DNA of 40,183 nucleotides from a virus (Duplodnaviria; Caudoviricetes): positions 1 through 40,183 of the IMG/VR virus record IMGVR_UViG_3300017544_000286. One strand, written 5' to 3'. Below are positions 7,458 through 16,152 of this stretch, piece by piece. A program made the position numbers and the translations under genes. Below the pieces are notes generated by a model. It was not told the origin of the DNA. It saw only the letters and a list, made by a program, of their open reading frames with translations, and did no database searches. Position 1 is the first letter of the stretch; the number at the start of each line of letters is the position of its first letter.

Positions 7458-7955
7458 TCAATCGGGAGCCGGTATGTTCAGTGCGCGCCGAAGTTTGATG
7501 ACGCGAGGATCTTCCGGTTTGACGCTGGCCATGCGGCGGAGCGTTTCTTCCCTCTCTGCGATCTCTTTTTCGTGGAGATCGAATGCATGCTGCAGCGCGG
7601 CCCGCACATCAGCGAATGACTGATCGTCGATGATATATTCGCCAAGCACGTCATTTCGCCGGATCTTGTAACGCTCGATCAGGAATTCCTTGTAGCGCGC
7701 ACTATCGAGTGTGCGTTGGCCCCCATATTCTTCCCATGGTCTCGCGCTTTCGGCCAACTCTACGCCGGTCGCGGGATCGACGCTGTTAACAGAGGAGGCA
7801 TTGCCTTTCGCGGGAGCGACGACAAGGACGTGGGTCAAGGCAATCGGCCAAATCAGGGCGCCATAAAGAATCCAGGGAACGGGAGAGTGCCCCTTCGAAT
7901 GGGCAACGATGCCGACAACTCCGCCCATGATCAGCCACAAAATCACATATTCCAT
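7458..7955 (-). CDS. Membrane protein in the immunity region
   Basis: Two N-terminal hydrophobic helices (MEYVILWLIMGGVVGIVAHSKG...WILYGALIWPIALTHVLVV) and a soluble C-terminus; co-oriented with cI. Confidence 0.75.
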   Translation of the reverse strand: MEYVILWLIMGGVVGIVAHSKGHSPVPWILYGALIWPIALTHVLVVAPAKGNASSVNSVDPATGVELAESARPWEEYGGQRTLDSARYKEFLIERYKIRRNDVLGEYIIDDQSFADVRAALQHAFDLHEKEIAEREETLRRMASVKPEDPRVIKLRRALNIPAPD

Positions 7956-8034
7956 GAACGCGCTCCCCAAACGCTTATCGCGGCCATCGCAGATATCAAA
8001 ATGGCGTCCGCAACCGGCGGCGAAGATCGTGCTT

Positions 8035-8397
8035 TTAAGCCGGCGTGCCGTGTTTACTGTCCGACATCAAAATCAATTTCCGCCGTTCGAACTCATGTTC
8101 CGAGATTTCACGCTCGGCGCGCGCCTGTGTCAGCTTCGCGAGCTCGTCAATGACGTCGCCAGTAGAGCCGACCGTCGCAGATATCTGCTTGGAAGATTCG
8201 CCTGCCGTCAGGGGGCGCGTATTCTGCAGAGTATAGATGATCAGGCCTACCGATGCGATCAGCAGCCCGATCGCGGCGGTGACGAACCGTAATGCTTGGA
8301 CTGACTGCTGTGGTGCGCTGATCGGATCCGCACCGATCGCGCTTATACCGAAACAGAACGCGACCGCCATGCCGATCAAAACGACCAAGATTCCCAT
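8035..8397 (-). CDS. Two-TM membrane protein with C-terminal SHOCT-like domain
   Basis: Two hydrophobic segments plus DELAKLTQARAEREISEHEFERRKLILM (SHOCT pattern). Confidence 0.75.
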   Translation of the reverse strand: MGILVVLIGMAVAFCFGISAIGADPISAPQQSVQALRFVTAAIGLLIASVGLIIYTLQNTRPLTAGESSKQISATVGSTGDVIDELAKLTQARAEREISEHEFERRKLILMSDSKHGTPA

Positions 8398-8553
8398 TTG
8401 CCCCCCCCCTCCCTTAATGCCCGCCGAATTTGACACTACGAAAGAGATGTTTGTCTACAGGGGTTCCCGCACATGCCTATCGGTTCGTCCGCCATTTAGC
8501 ACATGTCCGCATGGCATATGACATCCTCACGGCTTCGCGCGGGGGGAGGGGGC

Positions 8554-9342
8554 TCACAGCTTCCTCGCCACGATCCAGATGACTCGGCCGATTAAATTGA
8601 TCTCTTCCTCCCGAAAAAGCTTTGGAGGTCCGTACTTTGGGTTATCAGAGATCACTTCAATCTTCTGGTTGGGCACATCTCGGTGCAGTCGCTTGACCCA
8701 GGCGATATCGCCGACCTGCATGCCATAGATTCCGGGACGACTGATTTTGCGCTGGGAGCGATCAACCAAGACCCAATCGCCATCAAAGAGCGTCGTTTCC
8801 ATGGAATCGTTGTCTACGCGGAGCGTGATCAAACAGTCGGGCGCCGCCCTTGTGATTGCACGTAACCAGGATGTCTCGAAGAGATGGTAGCCAAGTGGTT
8901 CAGCGTTCGGCTCCAAGATGCTGCCCGGGCCGGCAGATAAACCAGCGTCAAAGCGTGGGATCGCGGTGAAATCTGTCCCACCTATCGAGAACACTCCGCT
9001 CGTCAGGCCCCCCGAATACATCGGCATGTGATCGGAAATCTCGCCGCGGCGGCCGATCGAGGCTGGAAGGCACGTATTCTGTGCCGCAGCGGGCGTCGAT
9101 ATATCGTCGGTTGCCATGTCAAGATAGAGCCATTCAACTGGCTTGTCATACGCAGCAGCCAGCTTTTCCTCGGTTTCGCGGTCCAGTTTCTGGGAGCCGC
9201 CGTCGCGCCGATAATTATAGAGGATGTTCTTGGATTTGATGCCTGCGTCGCGCAGCCAGGTGGCCGGCTTGATCCCACGCCTCTCCATCAGCTCGAAGAA
9301 GGCCTCCCGCTTGGCATCCAGTTCCTGCTTACTCGGCATCAT
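8554..9342 (-). CDS. cI: CI-like phage repressor (HTH + S24 autopeptidase)
   Basis: N-terminal HTH-like domain; LSAGPG cleavage-site motif; DSMETTLFDGDWVLVD (Ser) and WVKRL (Lys); divergent from cro. Confidence 0.9.
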   Translation of the reverse strand: MMPSKQELDAKREAFFELMERRGIKPATWLRDAGIKSKNILYNYRRDGGSQKLDRETEEKLAAAYDKPVEWLYLDMATDDISTPAAAQNTCLPASIGRRGEISDHMPMYSGGLTSGVFSIGGTDFTAIPRFDAGLSAGPGSILEPNAEPLGYHLFETSWLRAITRAAPDCLITLRVDNDSMETTLFDGDWVLVDRSQRKISRPGIYGMQVGDIAWVKRLHRDVPNQKIEVISDNPKYGPPKLFREEEINLIGRVIWIVARKL

Positions 9343-9353
9343 AGCGTCGTACC

Positions 9354-9441
9354 ATCACAGCGGAGTGTGATCGACAGGCATGTGATGTGACAAAGCACCT
9401 TATGATGTGATTTCGCCTTGTATATCCCATCATGATGTGAT
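9354..9441 (+). promoter_or_regulatory. OR/PR/PRM: three 18-bp repressor operators
   Basis: ATCACA-N6-TGTGAT (9354-9371), AGCACC-N6-TGTGAT (9394-9411) and ATCCCA-N6-TGTGAT (9424-9441) between cI and cro. Confidence 0.8.
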
Positions 9442-9452
9442 TTCTTGCAGTC

Positions 9453-9875
9453 ATGCCTGATGTGATCCCGACCAGCGAGCACGCAATAGCCCGAATTCGG
9501 GCTTTTGCCGCCCATAAGAAATGGAAGCCCAGCCGCTACGCAATCGAAGCGGGCCTCGGTGCGAACAGCCTGCGCGATTTTGATCGCGCCGACTGGAACC
9601 CCACTCTCGACACCATTGAAAAGCTGGAAGCGATCATACCGGCAGATTTTGGCAGGTTGGAGACTAGCGCGTCCGCGATCGTCTCGCTGAATGATGAGGG
9701 GGAGCTTGGCGCGTCCGTTGACGAGTTCGCAGCGCTCTCTGGTCGTGAAGTTCTACAAGCAGCGCGGCATGTGGCAGTTTCAGCGCTTCCTTCGGCAGCC
9801 GCTCCAGTTCTTGGCGAAGCCGAATCTTCATCTCTTCGGTCGGCAGCGCGCCGCGATCTTCCAGAAGGTCGATGA
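9453..9875 (+). CDS. Cro-like HTH regulator
   Basis: PSRYAIEAGLGANSLRD...WNPTLDTIEKLE HTH, divergent from cI; the C-terminal half overlaps an antisense ORF. Confidence 0.75.
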   Translation: MPDVIPTSEHAIARIRAFAAHKKWKPSRYAIEAGLGANSLRDFDRADWNPTLDTIEKLEAIIPADFGRLETSASAIVSLNDEGELGASVDEFAALSGREVLQAARHVAVSALPSAAAPVLGEAESSSLRSAARRDLPEGR

Positions 9876-9990
9876 GCATGCTGAGCGCGATCACGCTTCC
9901 TGCGGCATACCTTGGGACCTTGGCCTTCAGAGCCTCGACCTCGGCGCGTAACCGCGCGATCTCACTTCTCAGATCCTCGATCTCTCCCAT
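9664..9990 (-). CDS. Hypothetical helical/coiled-coil protein antisense to cro
   Basis: MGEIEDLRSEIARLRAEVEALKAK... has protein-like composition. Confidence 0.45.
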   Translation of the reverse strand: MGEIEDLRSEIARLRAEVEALKAKVPRYAAGSVIALSMLIDLLEDRGALPTEEMKIRLRQELERLPKEALKLPHAALLVELHDQRALRTRQRTRQAPPHHSARRSRTR

Positions 9991-10051
9991 GCTCGGCACC
10001 TTGCCCGGTCTTCATGGCATCGTCATGTGTCCATTATGGGTGCTCCAACAA

Positions 10052-10219
10052 CTATTCCGCCGCAACGCGGTGCCGAAGGTCGTATTCCCTTTGGTCCTTA
10101 TTGTCGGCGCGGGGGTCTTCGGCCCTGGCGTGATCCGGGAACATGATCTGGGTCAGCATCGCGGCCATCGCATCGCCGCCGAACGGAATCTCGACGTCGT
10201 AGAGAACGATCCGGCTCAT
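10052..10219 (-). CDS. Hypothetical protein
   Basis: MSRIVLYDVEIPFGGD...; ATGA-coupled to the 10216 ORF. Confidence 0.35.
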   Translation of the reverse strand: MSRIVLYDVEIPFGGDAMAAMLTQIMFPDHARAEDPRADNKDQREYDLRHRVAAE

Positions 10220-10632
10220 GCCGGAAATCGGAGCGCGGCGCGATGAAGGGCCTGGCGCTCCACAGTGGCTTGCAGCCTCGTAAACAGGGCGTCGAACTCT
10301 CGATCCCCTTCGGAAGATTCCTTGTTCAAGGCCAGCCACATGCGCCGCTTGATCAGATCGCGATAGCGCAGCATCGATTTGGTTTCATGCACCAAAAATA
10401 CAGGACGGGCATTGCAGCTGGGCCTGCAGACAGCGCCCGTCCTGTAGTCGGGGTGTACGCCTCGTTCGGAGCGGCGGATCAGTCGCGCTCCAATATCGCA
10501 GATGCATTTCAGCATCCAGTTGAGCCGCGGCGCCACCCCGGCGCGCCAGCTCGTCAAAAATTCGCGGAGCGTCCGAGCATCAACTTGCCGGAAGAGATCG
10601 GAGCGCTCCTGGATCGTCGTCACCGTGTCCAT
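10216..10632 (-). CDS. Hypothetical protein
   Basis: MDTVTTIQERSDLF...; competing + strand ORFs look less protein-like; start uncertain. Confidence 0.4.
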   Translation of the reverse strand: MDTVTTIQERSDLFRQVDARTLREFLTSWRAGVAPRLNWMLKCICDIGARLIRRSERGVHPDYRTGAVCRPSCNARPVFLVHETKSMLRYRDLIKRRMWLALNKESSEGDREFDALFTRLQATVERQALHRAALRFPA

Positions 10633-10661
10633 GTCGAGAACATGCACGGAGATAACCCGCT

Positions 10662-11024
10662 ATGTCGCTTTCAAAAGTGTATCGAAATTTTCGCCCCAAA
10701 ATGGAGCGAAAATTGAGCACCGCCGAAATCACCGCAGATGTCTATGCCCGTTCATTCAGCGATGCTGCAAAGCGAAGCTGGGTGACTGCCAAGGCATGCG
10801 CTCGCGCGCTCGGGATCAATTTGGCTACCGCGAAGAATCTCTGGAACGAAAAGAACGGCCTCAGCGGTGTCCACCTCATCCGAGGCGTACGGGAATCTGA
10901 CGAGTTTCTATGGACCTTTCTCGAACTCGCTGACCGCGCCGACATCGTTGAGAAACTAAAGGCCATCGAACATTTGGACGAGGCTTACAAAGCGCTATCC
11001 AAGCTGAAAGGCGGTGGCGAGTGA
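10662..11024 (+). CDS. CII-like HTH transcriptional regulator
   Basis: TAKACARALGINLATAKNLW HTH; GGAG RBS; position downstream of cro. Confidence 0.65.
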   Translation: MSLSKVYRNFRPKMERKLSTAEITADVYARSFSDAAKRSWVTAKACARALGINLATAKNLWNEKNGLSGVHLIRGVRESDEFLWTFLELADRADIVEKLKAIEHLDEAYKALSKLKGGGE

Positions 11025-11251
11025 CGCGTATTCGTAGATGGCTCAAGGCGATCTGCAAAAAATCGCTCCTTGTCGAACGGCATGCTTGGCGCGGCTTCGA
11101 TTACGGAAGCGATCTGTTCGATACGGCTTTGGTGCTGGGATTCATCACATTCTACGTCTCCAACGAGTCCGTCGCGGATTCGGTGCGCGAAATGAAAACG
11201 CACATCGAAAAAGCCAAGCAGATCATGGAGGGAGGTCGCGCAGCGGAATGA
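11021..11251 (+). CDS. Hypothetical protein
   Basis: GTGA-coupled to the upstream gene, 76 aa. Confidence 0.55.
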   Translation: MTRIRRWLKAICKKSLLVERHAWRGFDYGSDLFDTALVLGFITFYVSNESVADSVREMKTHIEKAKQIMEGGRAAE

Positions 11252-11476
11252 ATGCGATCGCCCGCACGATGTCACAACGTTCCCTGAGGAAGATGACGAA
11301 CCACGCCAATCTTCCCGCCCCAGAGCCTGCGCTTCCTCAAGGCGCAGGCTCACCCCTTTATCCCGATTGTTCGCTTATCGCTCCGGCCGGCGGCAATCCC
11401 AAATGTATCGGATGTTATGGCGAGCTGGTGGTTCAGGTGAGCCGCCGTAGGGAGGTCGGGATGACGTTGCCCGGCC

Positions 11477-11605
11477 TCAAAAGCCCGGCAATTTATATTG
11501 CCGGGGCCACGAGCGCTCGTGTTCTCGCACGCGCTCTCGTCGACCGTATCGCGTCCGATGGTATGCCCGGACGTGCATGGTTTTCGGCGATATGGGGATC
11601 TCCAT
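11477..11605 (-). CDS. 42-aa Arg/His-rich small protein
   Basis: MEIPISPKTMHVRAYHRTRYGRRERVREHERSWPRQYKLPGF with a strong AGAAGGAG RBS. Confidence 0.6.
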   Translation of the reverse strand: MEIPISPKTMHVRAYHRTRYGRRERVREHERSWPRQYKLPGF

Positions 11606-11791
11606 ATCGTTTCTCCTTCTCTCAATCGACGGGCAAGTCCCGTCGCCCTCAGCCGCGTGATGCGGCCGGCGGCGCCATGGGCGTTGGGCGGTTACGTCGT
11701 CCAACGAGAGAAAAGGACCCTACGGCGGCTCTCCTGAGCCTCAAGCCTAAGCTGAGTCGTTCGTCGCTGTCTTGCCAAACAGGGGAGAGTC

Positions 11792-12010
11792 ATGAGCCGC
11801 ACCGATCTGCGTAGCCCTGGCCGGGACAACGACGCCAAGCCGATCCTGGGCGAAACGATCCTGATCGGCTTCGATGGCGGAACCCCGTGCATGCAGGTCG
11901 CCGCACTGTTGCCGCGATCGCGCCGGCGCCGCGGGACGGCGTTCAGCTTCTATCTCGTCTTGGCCGGCGGCATCGTTCTCGCCCTCGCAAGCCTGGCGGT
12001 GTTCGCATGA
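11792..12010 (+). CDS. Small protein with C-terminal TM helix
   Basis: GGGGAG RBS; hydrophobic C-terminus; coupled to the next gene. Confidence 0.55.
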   Translation: MSRTDLRSPGRDNDAKPILGETILIGFDGGTPCMQVAALLPRSRRRRGTAFSFYLVLAGGIVLALASLAVFA

Positions 12011-12297
12011 ATGCCGCGATGCAGATCTTTCCCGTGCGCGGCGTCGACGATCGTCACGATGCATCCGCCGCCTATTGGGCGGACATGGCCAAGAAGGGCG
12101 GCGATCCGACGCGCATCGGGATGCATGCGAACCGTTGCGCGTTCCTGGCCGGCTTCTATTCCGCGCAGGAAGGGCGAGGCAGCCATGAGAATCCGTTCCT
12201 ATTCGGCGGGCACGACGCACTGATCCAGCCATGGAACTACGGCTACAGCGCCGGGCCCGTGCGCGCCGCGCAATGCGGACATACCGCACAAATTTGA
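12007..12297 (+). CDS. Hypothetical protein
   Basis: MNAAMQIF...; AFLAGF...ENPF...WNYGY pattern resembling RMF-like phage modules; ATGA-coupled. Confidence 0.55.
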   Translation: MNAAMQIFPVRGVDDRHDASAAYWADMAKKGGDPTRIGMHANRCAFLAGFYSAQEGRGSHENPFLFGGHDALIQPWNYGYSAGPVRAAQCGHTAQI

Positions 12298-12310
12298 AGG
12301 GGGTTTATCG

Positions 12311-12835
12311 ATGAACGAGATGGCGCGTGCGTATCAAGCACTCGAGACCGGTGGGAGGGCTCTTGTTTCTTTTCTGAAGCCCGACCGCGCGCCGGACTTC
12401 CAGATCGGGCCGAAGGATCGGCCGTATATGAACCGCTGGTATCTGTTCGGCGGATCGTCGTCCACCAATCAACGCATTCCGGGCGACCACGCGCTTACCG
12501 TCATGCTGCATCAGATCCTGCACAACGACGATGATCGCGCGCTTCACGATCACCCATGGAACAACCTGACCATCGTGCTGGCAGGTCAGATCCGCGATCA
12601 CAATGCATCCGGCTTCACCGATCTGACGGCCGGAGACAAGCTCTATCGCGAGGCGGCGTGGCCACATCGCCTCGAAGTCGAATGCTTCGCAGGCCAGACC
12701 GAGGCCTGGACACTGTTCATCGCGGGGCCGGTCATCCGGGAATGGGGTTTCCATTGCCCTGCCGGCTGGAAGCATTGGTCCGAGTTCGTCAACAAGGACG
12801 ACCGAGGCGCAATCGGCGCGGGGTGCGGCGCGTGA
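12311..12835 (+). CDS. Cupin-fold phage protein
   Basis: LHQILHNDDDRALHDHPW...HRLE...AWTLF...REWGF His-rich cupin pattern. Confidence 0.75.
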   Translation: MNEMARAYQALETGGRALVSFLKPDRAPDFQIGPKDRPYMNRWYLFGGSSSTNQRIPGDHALTVMLHQILHNDDDRALHDHPWNNLTIVLAGQIRDHNASGFTDLTAGDKLYREAAWPHRLEVECFAGQTEAWTLFIAGPVIREWGFHCPAGWKHWSEFVNKDDRGAIGAGCGA

Positions 12836-13188
12836 CGCATCCCCAAACATCGCGCTTCGCCCGCATGGACGGATTCGAGAAGGTCGCGTTCGCCGAATGC
12901 TGGCTATCGCCGGACTGGACGGTCGAACGCATCATGGTCCGGTTCGGCATGAGCCAATCCATAGTCTACGCAGTTGCGGAGAAGCTTCATCTAAAGGGGC
13001 GGCGTCCGAAGCTGGATGTGCATTCGGGCCATTTTGCGCCCACCTGCCTCAAGGTGCGCCGATGCTTGATGTGTGGCGATGAATTCAGCTCGAGCCATAT
13101 CGGCGAACGCGTCTGTACGGCTTGTAAGACGACATCCGCCTGGCGGAGCGGCGACGAATTCAGATTGACGATTGCGAGGCGCGCATGA
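12832..13188 (+). CDS. HTH protein with C-terminal zinc ribbon
   Basis: GTGA-coupled start; GcrA-like N-terminal pattern (TVERIMVRFGMSQSIVYAVAEKLHL); CLMC...CTAC. Confidence 0.6.
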   Translation: MTHPQTSRFARMDGFEKVAFAECWLSPDWTVERIMVRFGMSQSIVYAVAEKLHLKGRRPKLDVHSGHFAPTCLKVRRCLMCGDEFSSSHIGERVCTACKTTSAWRSGDEFRLTIARRA

Positions 13189-14015
13189 GCACGCCGCAGG
13201 ACCGGCCCGAATGGGGCGCCCGGCCGGAACTCGTCGAGCTGCCGGTCGAACGGATCTCGGTCGATCCGCGCTATCAGCGCGATACCGGATCCGCACGGTC
13301 CCGCCACCTGATCGACAAGATCGCCGCCCATTTCCGTTGGCCGCGCTTCGGCGCGATCCTGGTCGTGCGCGTTCTGAAGGCAGATGGCGGGGGCTGGCAC
13401 GTCATAGATGGCCAGCACCGGTTGGAAGCGGTCCGCGTGCTCGGTATCCAGCGCGTGCCGGCGATCGAACTGCCGCATCAGACCATCGAGGAAGCCGCCG
13501 CCGACTTCGTCGCGATCAATCGCGATCGCGTGGTCGTGACGCCGCTGCATATCCATCATGCGATGTTGCGTGCGGGCGAGCCGACGGCCCTGGCGGTCGA
13601 CCGTGCCTGCGGGGCGGCGGGTATCGAGATCTGTCGCTATCCTGTTCCCGCCAAGCTGCTGAAGCCGGGCCAGACCCTCGCCGTCGGCACGATCCGGCGC
13701 CTGATCGAGAAGGTCAACGAGGATTGGGCCACGCGCGTCCTGCGCGGGGTTGTGCGCGAGCATGGGACCCGGCCGGGCGCGATCAATGCGGCGGCGATCC
13801 GATCGAGCGCGGCAACGACGCCGGTCCCGGCCTCGACCTCGGCCGGCGCGGCGCCGCGCAGCGACAACCAATACGCAAAGCCGAAGGCACAGGGCGATGT
13901 GAAGTTCCGCAGTTGCCTATCCTGCCGGCAGCCGTTCAAGAGTTCCGGCATCGGCGAACGCGTCTGCCCCAATTGCAAATCCACGTCGGCCTGGCGCGGG
14001 GCGAGCATCGAATGA
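13185..14015 (+). CDS. ParB-like N-terminal domain protein with C-terminal zinc ribbon
   Basis: VDPRYQR and VIDGQHRLEA motifs; CLSC...CPNC. Confidence 0.8.
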   Translation: MSTPQDRPEWGARPELVELPVERISVDPRYQRDTGSARSRHLIDKIAAHFRWPRFGAILVVRVLKADGGGWHVIDGQHRLEAVRVLGIQRVPAIELPHQTIEEAAADFVAINRDRVVVTPLHIHHAMLRAGEPTALAVDRACGAAGIEICRYPVPAKLLKPGQTLAVGTIRRLIEKVNEDWATRVLRGVVREHGTRPGAINAAAIRSSAATTPVPASTSAGAAPRSDNQYAKPKAQGDVKFRSCLSCRQPFKSSGIGERVCPNCKSTSAWRGASIE

Positions 14016-15832
14016 GCGAGCAAACCCTCGTATGCACCGGCAAGGCCCACCCGCTGGCCGATGCGTTCCCGATGATCACGGGCGCGGAGTTCGACAAGCT
14101 GGTCGCCTCGATCCGTGAGATCGGGCTTGCCGAACCGATCGCGTTGACCGCCGAAGGTGATATCGCGGATGGCCGGAACCGCTTTGCCGCGTGTTCCGAG
14201 GCCGGTGTCACGCCGGAATTTGTTTCCTGGAAGACACAGGCATTGGCCGGCGAGGATCTGGTCAAGTTCATCGTCCGCAAGAACCTTCGCCGGCGTCAGC
14301 TGACGCCATCTCAGCTGTCCATGGTGGCGGTGAAACTGGCGACCCTGTCGCACGGCGGTGACCGACGGTCCGACGACGCTGCAAATTTGCAGGTTGAACC
14401 CGATATTCCGATATCAGCCGGGCAAGGCGCAAATTTGCGCCTTGAAAATGACGGGGCGGCTGTCAGCCGGGCTAATGCTGCCCAGATGTTGGGTGTCAGC
14501 GAACGCTCCGTGGACTCTGCAGCGACGGTGGAAGAGCACGGTGCCCCAGAAATCGCCCAGGCCGTGCGCGATGGCGCGATCAAGGTCTCGGCGGCGGCGG
14601 ATATCGCGCGGCTGCCGAAGGACGAGCAGGCCGAGATCGCGAAGAACCTGGACCCGAAGGTCATCAAACGAGTCGCGAAGGATATTCGCGCCAGACAGAC
14701 CGAAAAGAACCGGCAAAAGCGCCTGCAGCGTGCCGAGGAAGCCGCGCGTGGGAGGAAGCCGCTTTCCGATATCGTCGCGCTCGGGCGGCGCTACGTCGTC
14801 GCGATGATCGATCCGGCATGGCAGCGCGAGACCTACGGCGAAGGCGGCAAGGACAAAGCGCCGGAGAATCATTATCCGACCGAAACCGAGGATCAGATCG
14901 CGGCGCATCCGGTCGGCGAATTGATGGCGGACGATGCCGTGATTTTCGTCTGGACCACCGTGCCCGACCACGAGGCCGGCAAGACCCATCGCGTGATCCG
15001 CGCATGGGGCTTCGAGCCGAAATCCCATTACATCTGGGCGAAGACGAACGCGGACGGCACGCCCTTCATCGGCACCGGATATTGGAACCGGAATTGCCAT
15101 GAGATCCTGGTGGCGGCGACGCGCGGCGATATCCCGGCGCCGCTGATGGGGACGCAGCCGAACAGCATCATCTATGCGCCTGTCGGCGAACATTCGGAAA
15201 AGCCGGATGCATTCCGCGAAATGATCGACAGCTTCTATCCTGGCATCAAGAAGATCGAGCTCAACCGGCGCGGTTCTGCCTATCGCGATTGGGATGCCTG
15301 GGGCGATGAATTCACGCCGGGTGAAATGGCCGATGCCGGCGCCGCCGACATGAGGCAGCCCGACGTCGAGGGCGACGGTGCGCCTGATACCGACGATGAT
15401 GCTTGCGCCAATTGTGTGCGCTGGATGTTCAGCCATCGCGCTGGCGTCGACCTCATCGGCCAATGCAACTGGCGGCATTGCTTTACGGACGCTCGCTATG
15501 TGTGTGGTGACTTGGTGATGGCGCATCGCGATGCGCGCCGGGAGATGCGCGGACGTCTCGAAACCGAGCCCGACAGCGGAATGGCGCCGCGCGGTGAGCT
15601 TTTACGCGCATCCGATATCGACATGGAACGCGATGGCGGTTCCCATGACGCCGCCGAAAGCGATCCGATGTTCGAAGACGGCGCGGACGACCCGGCTCCG
15701 ACCGCATTGAACACGTCGCGCGATCTCTGCCGATGCGGGCGCGGATGCGGCTTGAAGCCGGACGAGGATTGTCCGCTCGACATCCCGGATTTTCTACGCA
15801 AGCGCAAACGCGAGGATTTGGAACATGCCTGA
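14012..15832 (+). CDS. ParB-like domain fused to MT-A70 family N6-adenine methyltransferase
   Basis: HPLADAFP...IADGRNRFAAC...NLRRRQLT (ParB-like), then DPAW, ENHYPT, WGFEPKSHYIWAK, GTGYWNRNCHE and HSEKP (MT-A70). True start is ATG 14012. Confidence 0.85.
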   Translation: MSEQTLVCTGKAHPLADAFPMITGAEFDKLVASIREIGLAEPIALTAEGDIADGRNRFAACSEAGVTPEFVSWKTQALAGEDLVKFIVRKNLRRRQLTPSQLSMVAVKLATLSHGGDRRSDDAANLQVEPDIPISAGQGANLRLENDGAAVSRANAAQMLGVSERSVDSAATVEEHGAPEIAQAVRDGAIKVSAAADIARLPKDEQAEIAKNLDPKVIKRVAKDIRARQTEKNRQKRLQRAEEAARGRKPLSDIVALGRRYVVAMIDPAWQRETYGEGGKDKAPENHYPTETEDQIAAHPVGELMADDAVIFVWTTVPDHEAGKTHRVIRAWGFEPKSHYIWAKTNADGTPFIGTGYWNRNCHEILVAATRGDIPAPLMGTQPNSIIYAPVGEHSEKPDAFREMIDSFYPGIKKIELNRRGSAYRDWDAWGDEFTPGEMADAGAADMRQPDVEGDGAPDTDDDACANCVRWMFSHRAGVDLIGQCNWRHCFTDARYVCGDLVMAHRDARREMRGRLETEPDSGMAPRGELLRASDIDMERDGGSHDAAESDPMFEDGADDPAPTALNTSRDLCRCGRGCGLKPDEDCPLDIPDFLRKRKREDLEHA

Positions 15833-15845
15833 TGGGGGTTATCGC

Positions 15846-16088
15846 ATGGCGGATGTGGGTGGAATTGCAGGCGATCGGCTGAAATCGTTCGTCGAGCGGA
15901 TCGAACGGCTTGAGGAAGAAAAGGCCGCGCTGGCGAGCGATATCCGCGATGTCTACGCCGAAGCGAAGTCGTCCGGCTTCGACGTGAAGATCCTCCGCCA
16001 GGTCATCAGGCTGCGCAAGATGGACGAGCCGGACCGCAACGAACAGTTCGAGCTCATCGATCTCTACATGCGCGCCATCGGGATGTGA
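15846..16088 (+). CDS. gapR: GapR/DUF2312 nucleoid-associated protein homologue
   Basis: LKSFVERIERLEEEKAALASDIRDVYAEAKSSGFDVKILRQVIRLRKM is the DUF2312 signature. Confidence 0.9.
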   Translation: MADVGGIAGDRLKSFVERIERLEEEKAALASDIRDVYAEAKSSGFDVKILRQVIRLRKMDEPDRNEQFELIDLYMRAIGM

Positions 16089-16152
16089 ATCGGTGCAGCC
16101 CGCGCCGGGATGGCCCGGCGCGGCGGCGCGGGCGTCTATGTAGGAGGATACC

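Noticed and set aside
6938-9441. CRP/FNR-family binding sites (TGTGA half-sites)
   Set aside because: Half-sites are in the inverse arrangement (TCACA-N6-TGTGA) and cluster at the two phage early control regions.
11038-11814. 258-aa plus-strand ORF
   Set aside because: Low-complexity Arg/Ser/Pro composition, and it overlaps better-supported ORFs on both strands.
13172-14011. 886-aa ORF starting at 13172
   Set aside because: The first 280 codons are a shadow frame over the ParB-like gene; the real start is the coupled ATG 14012.
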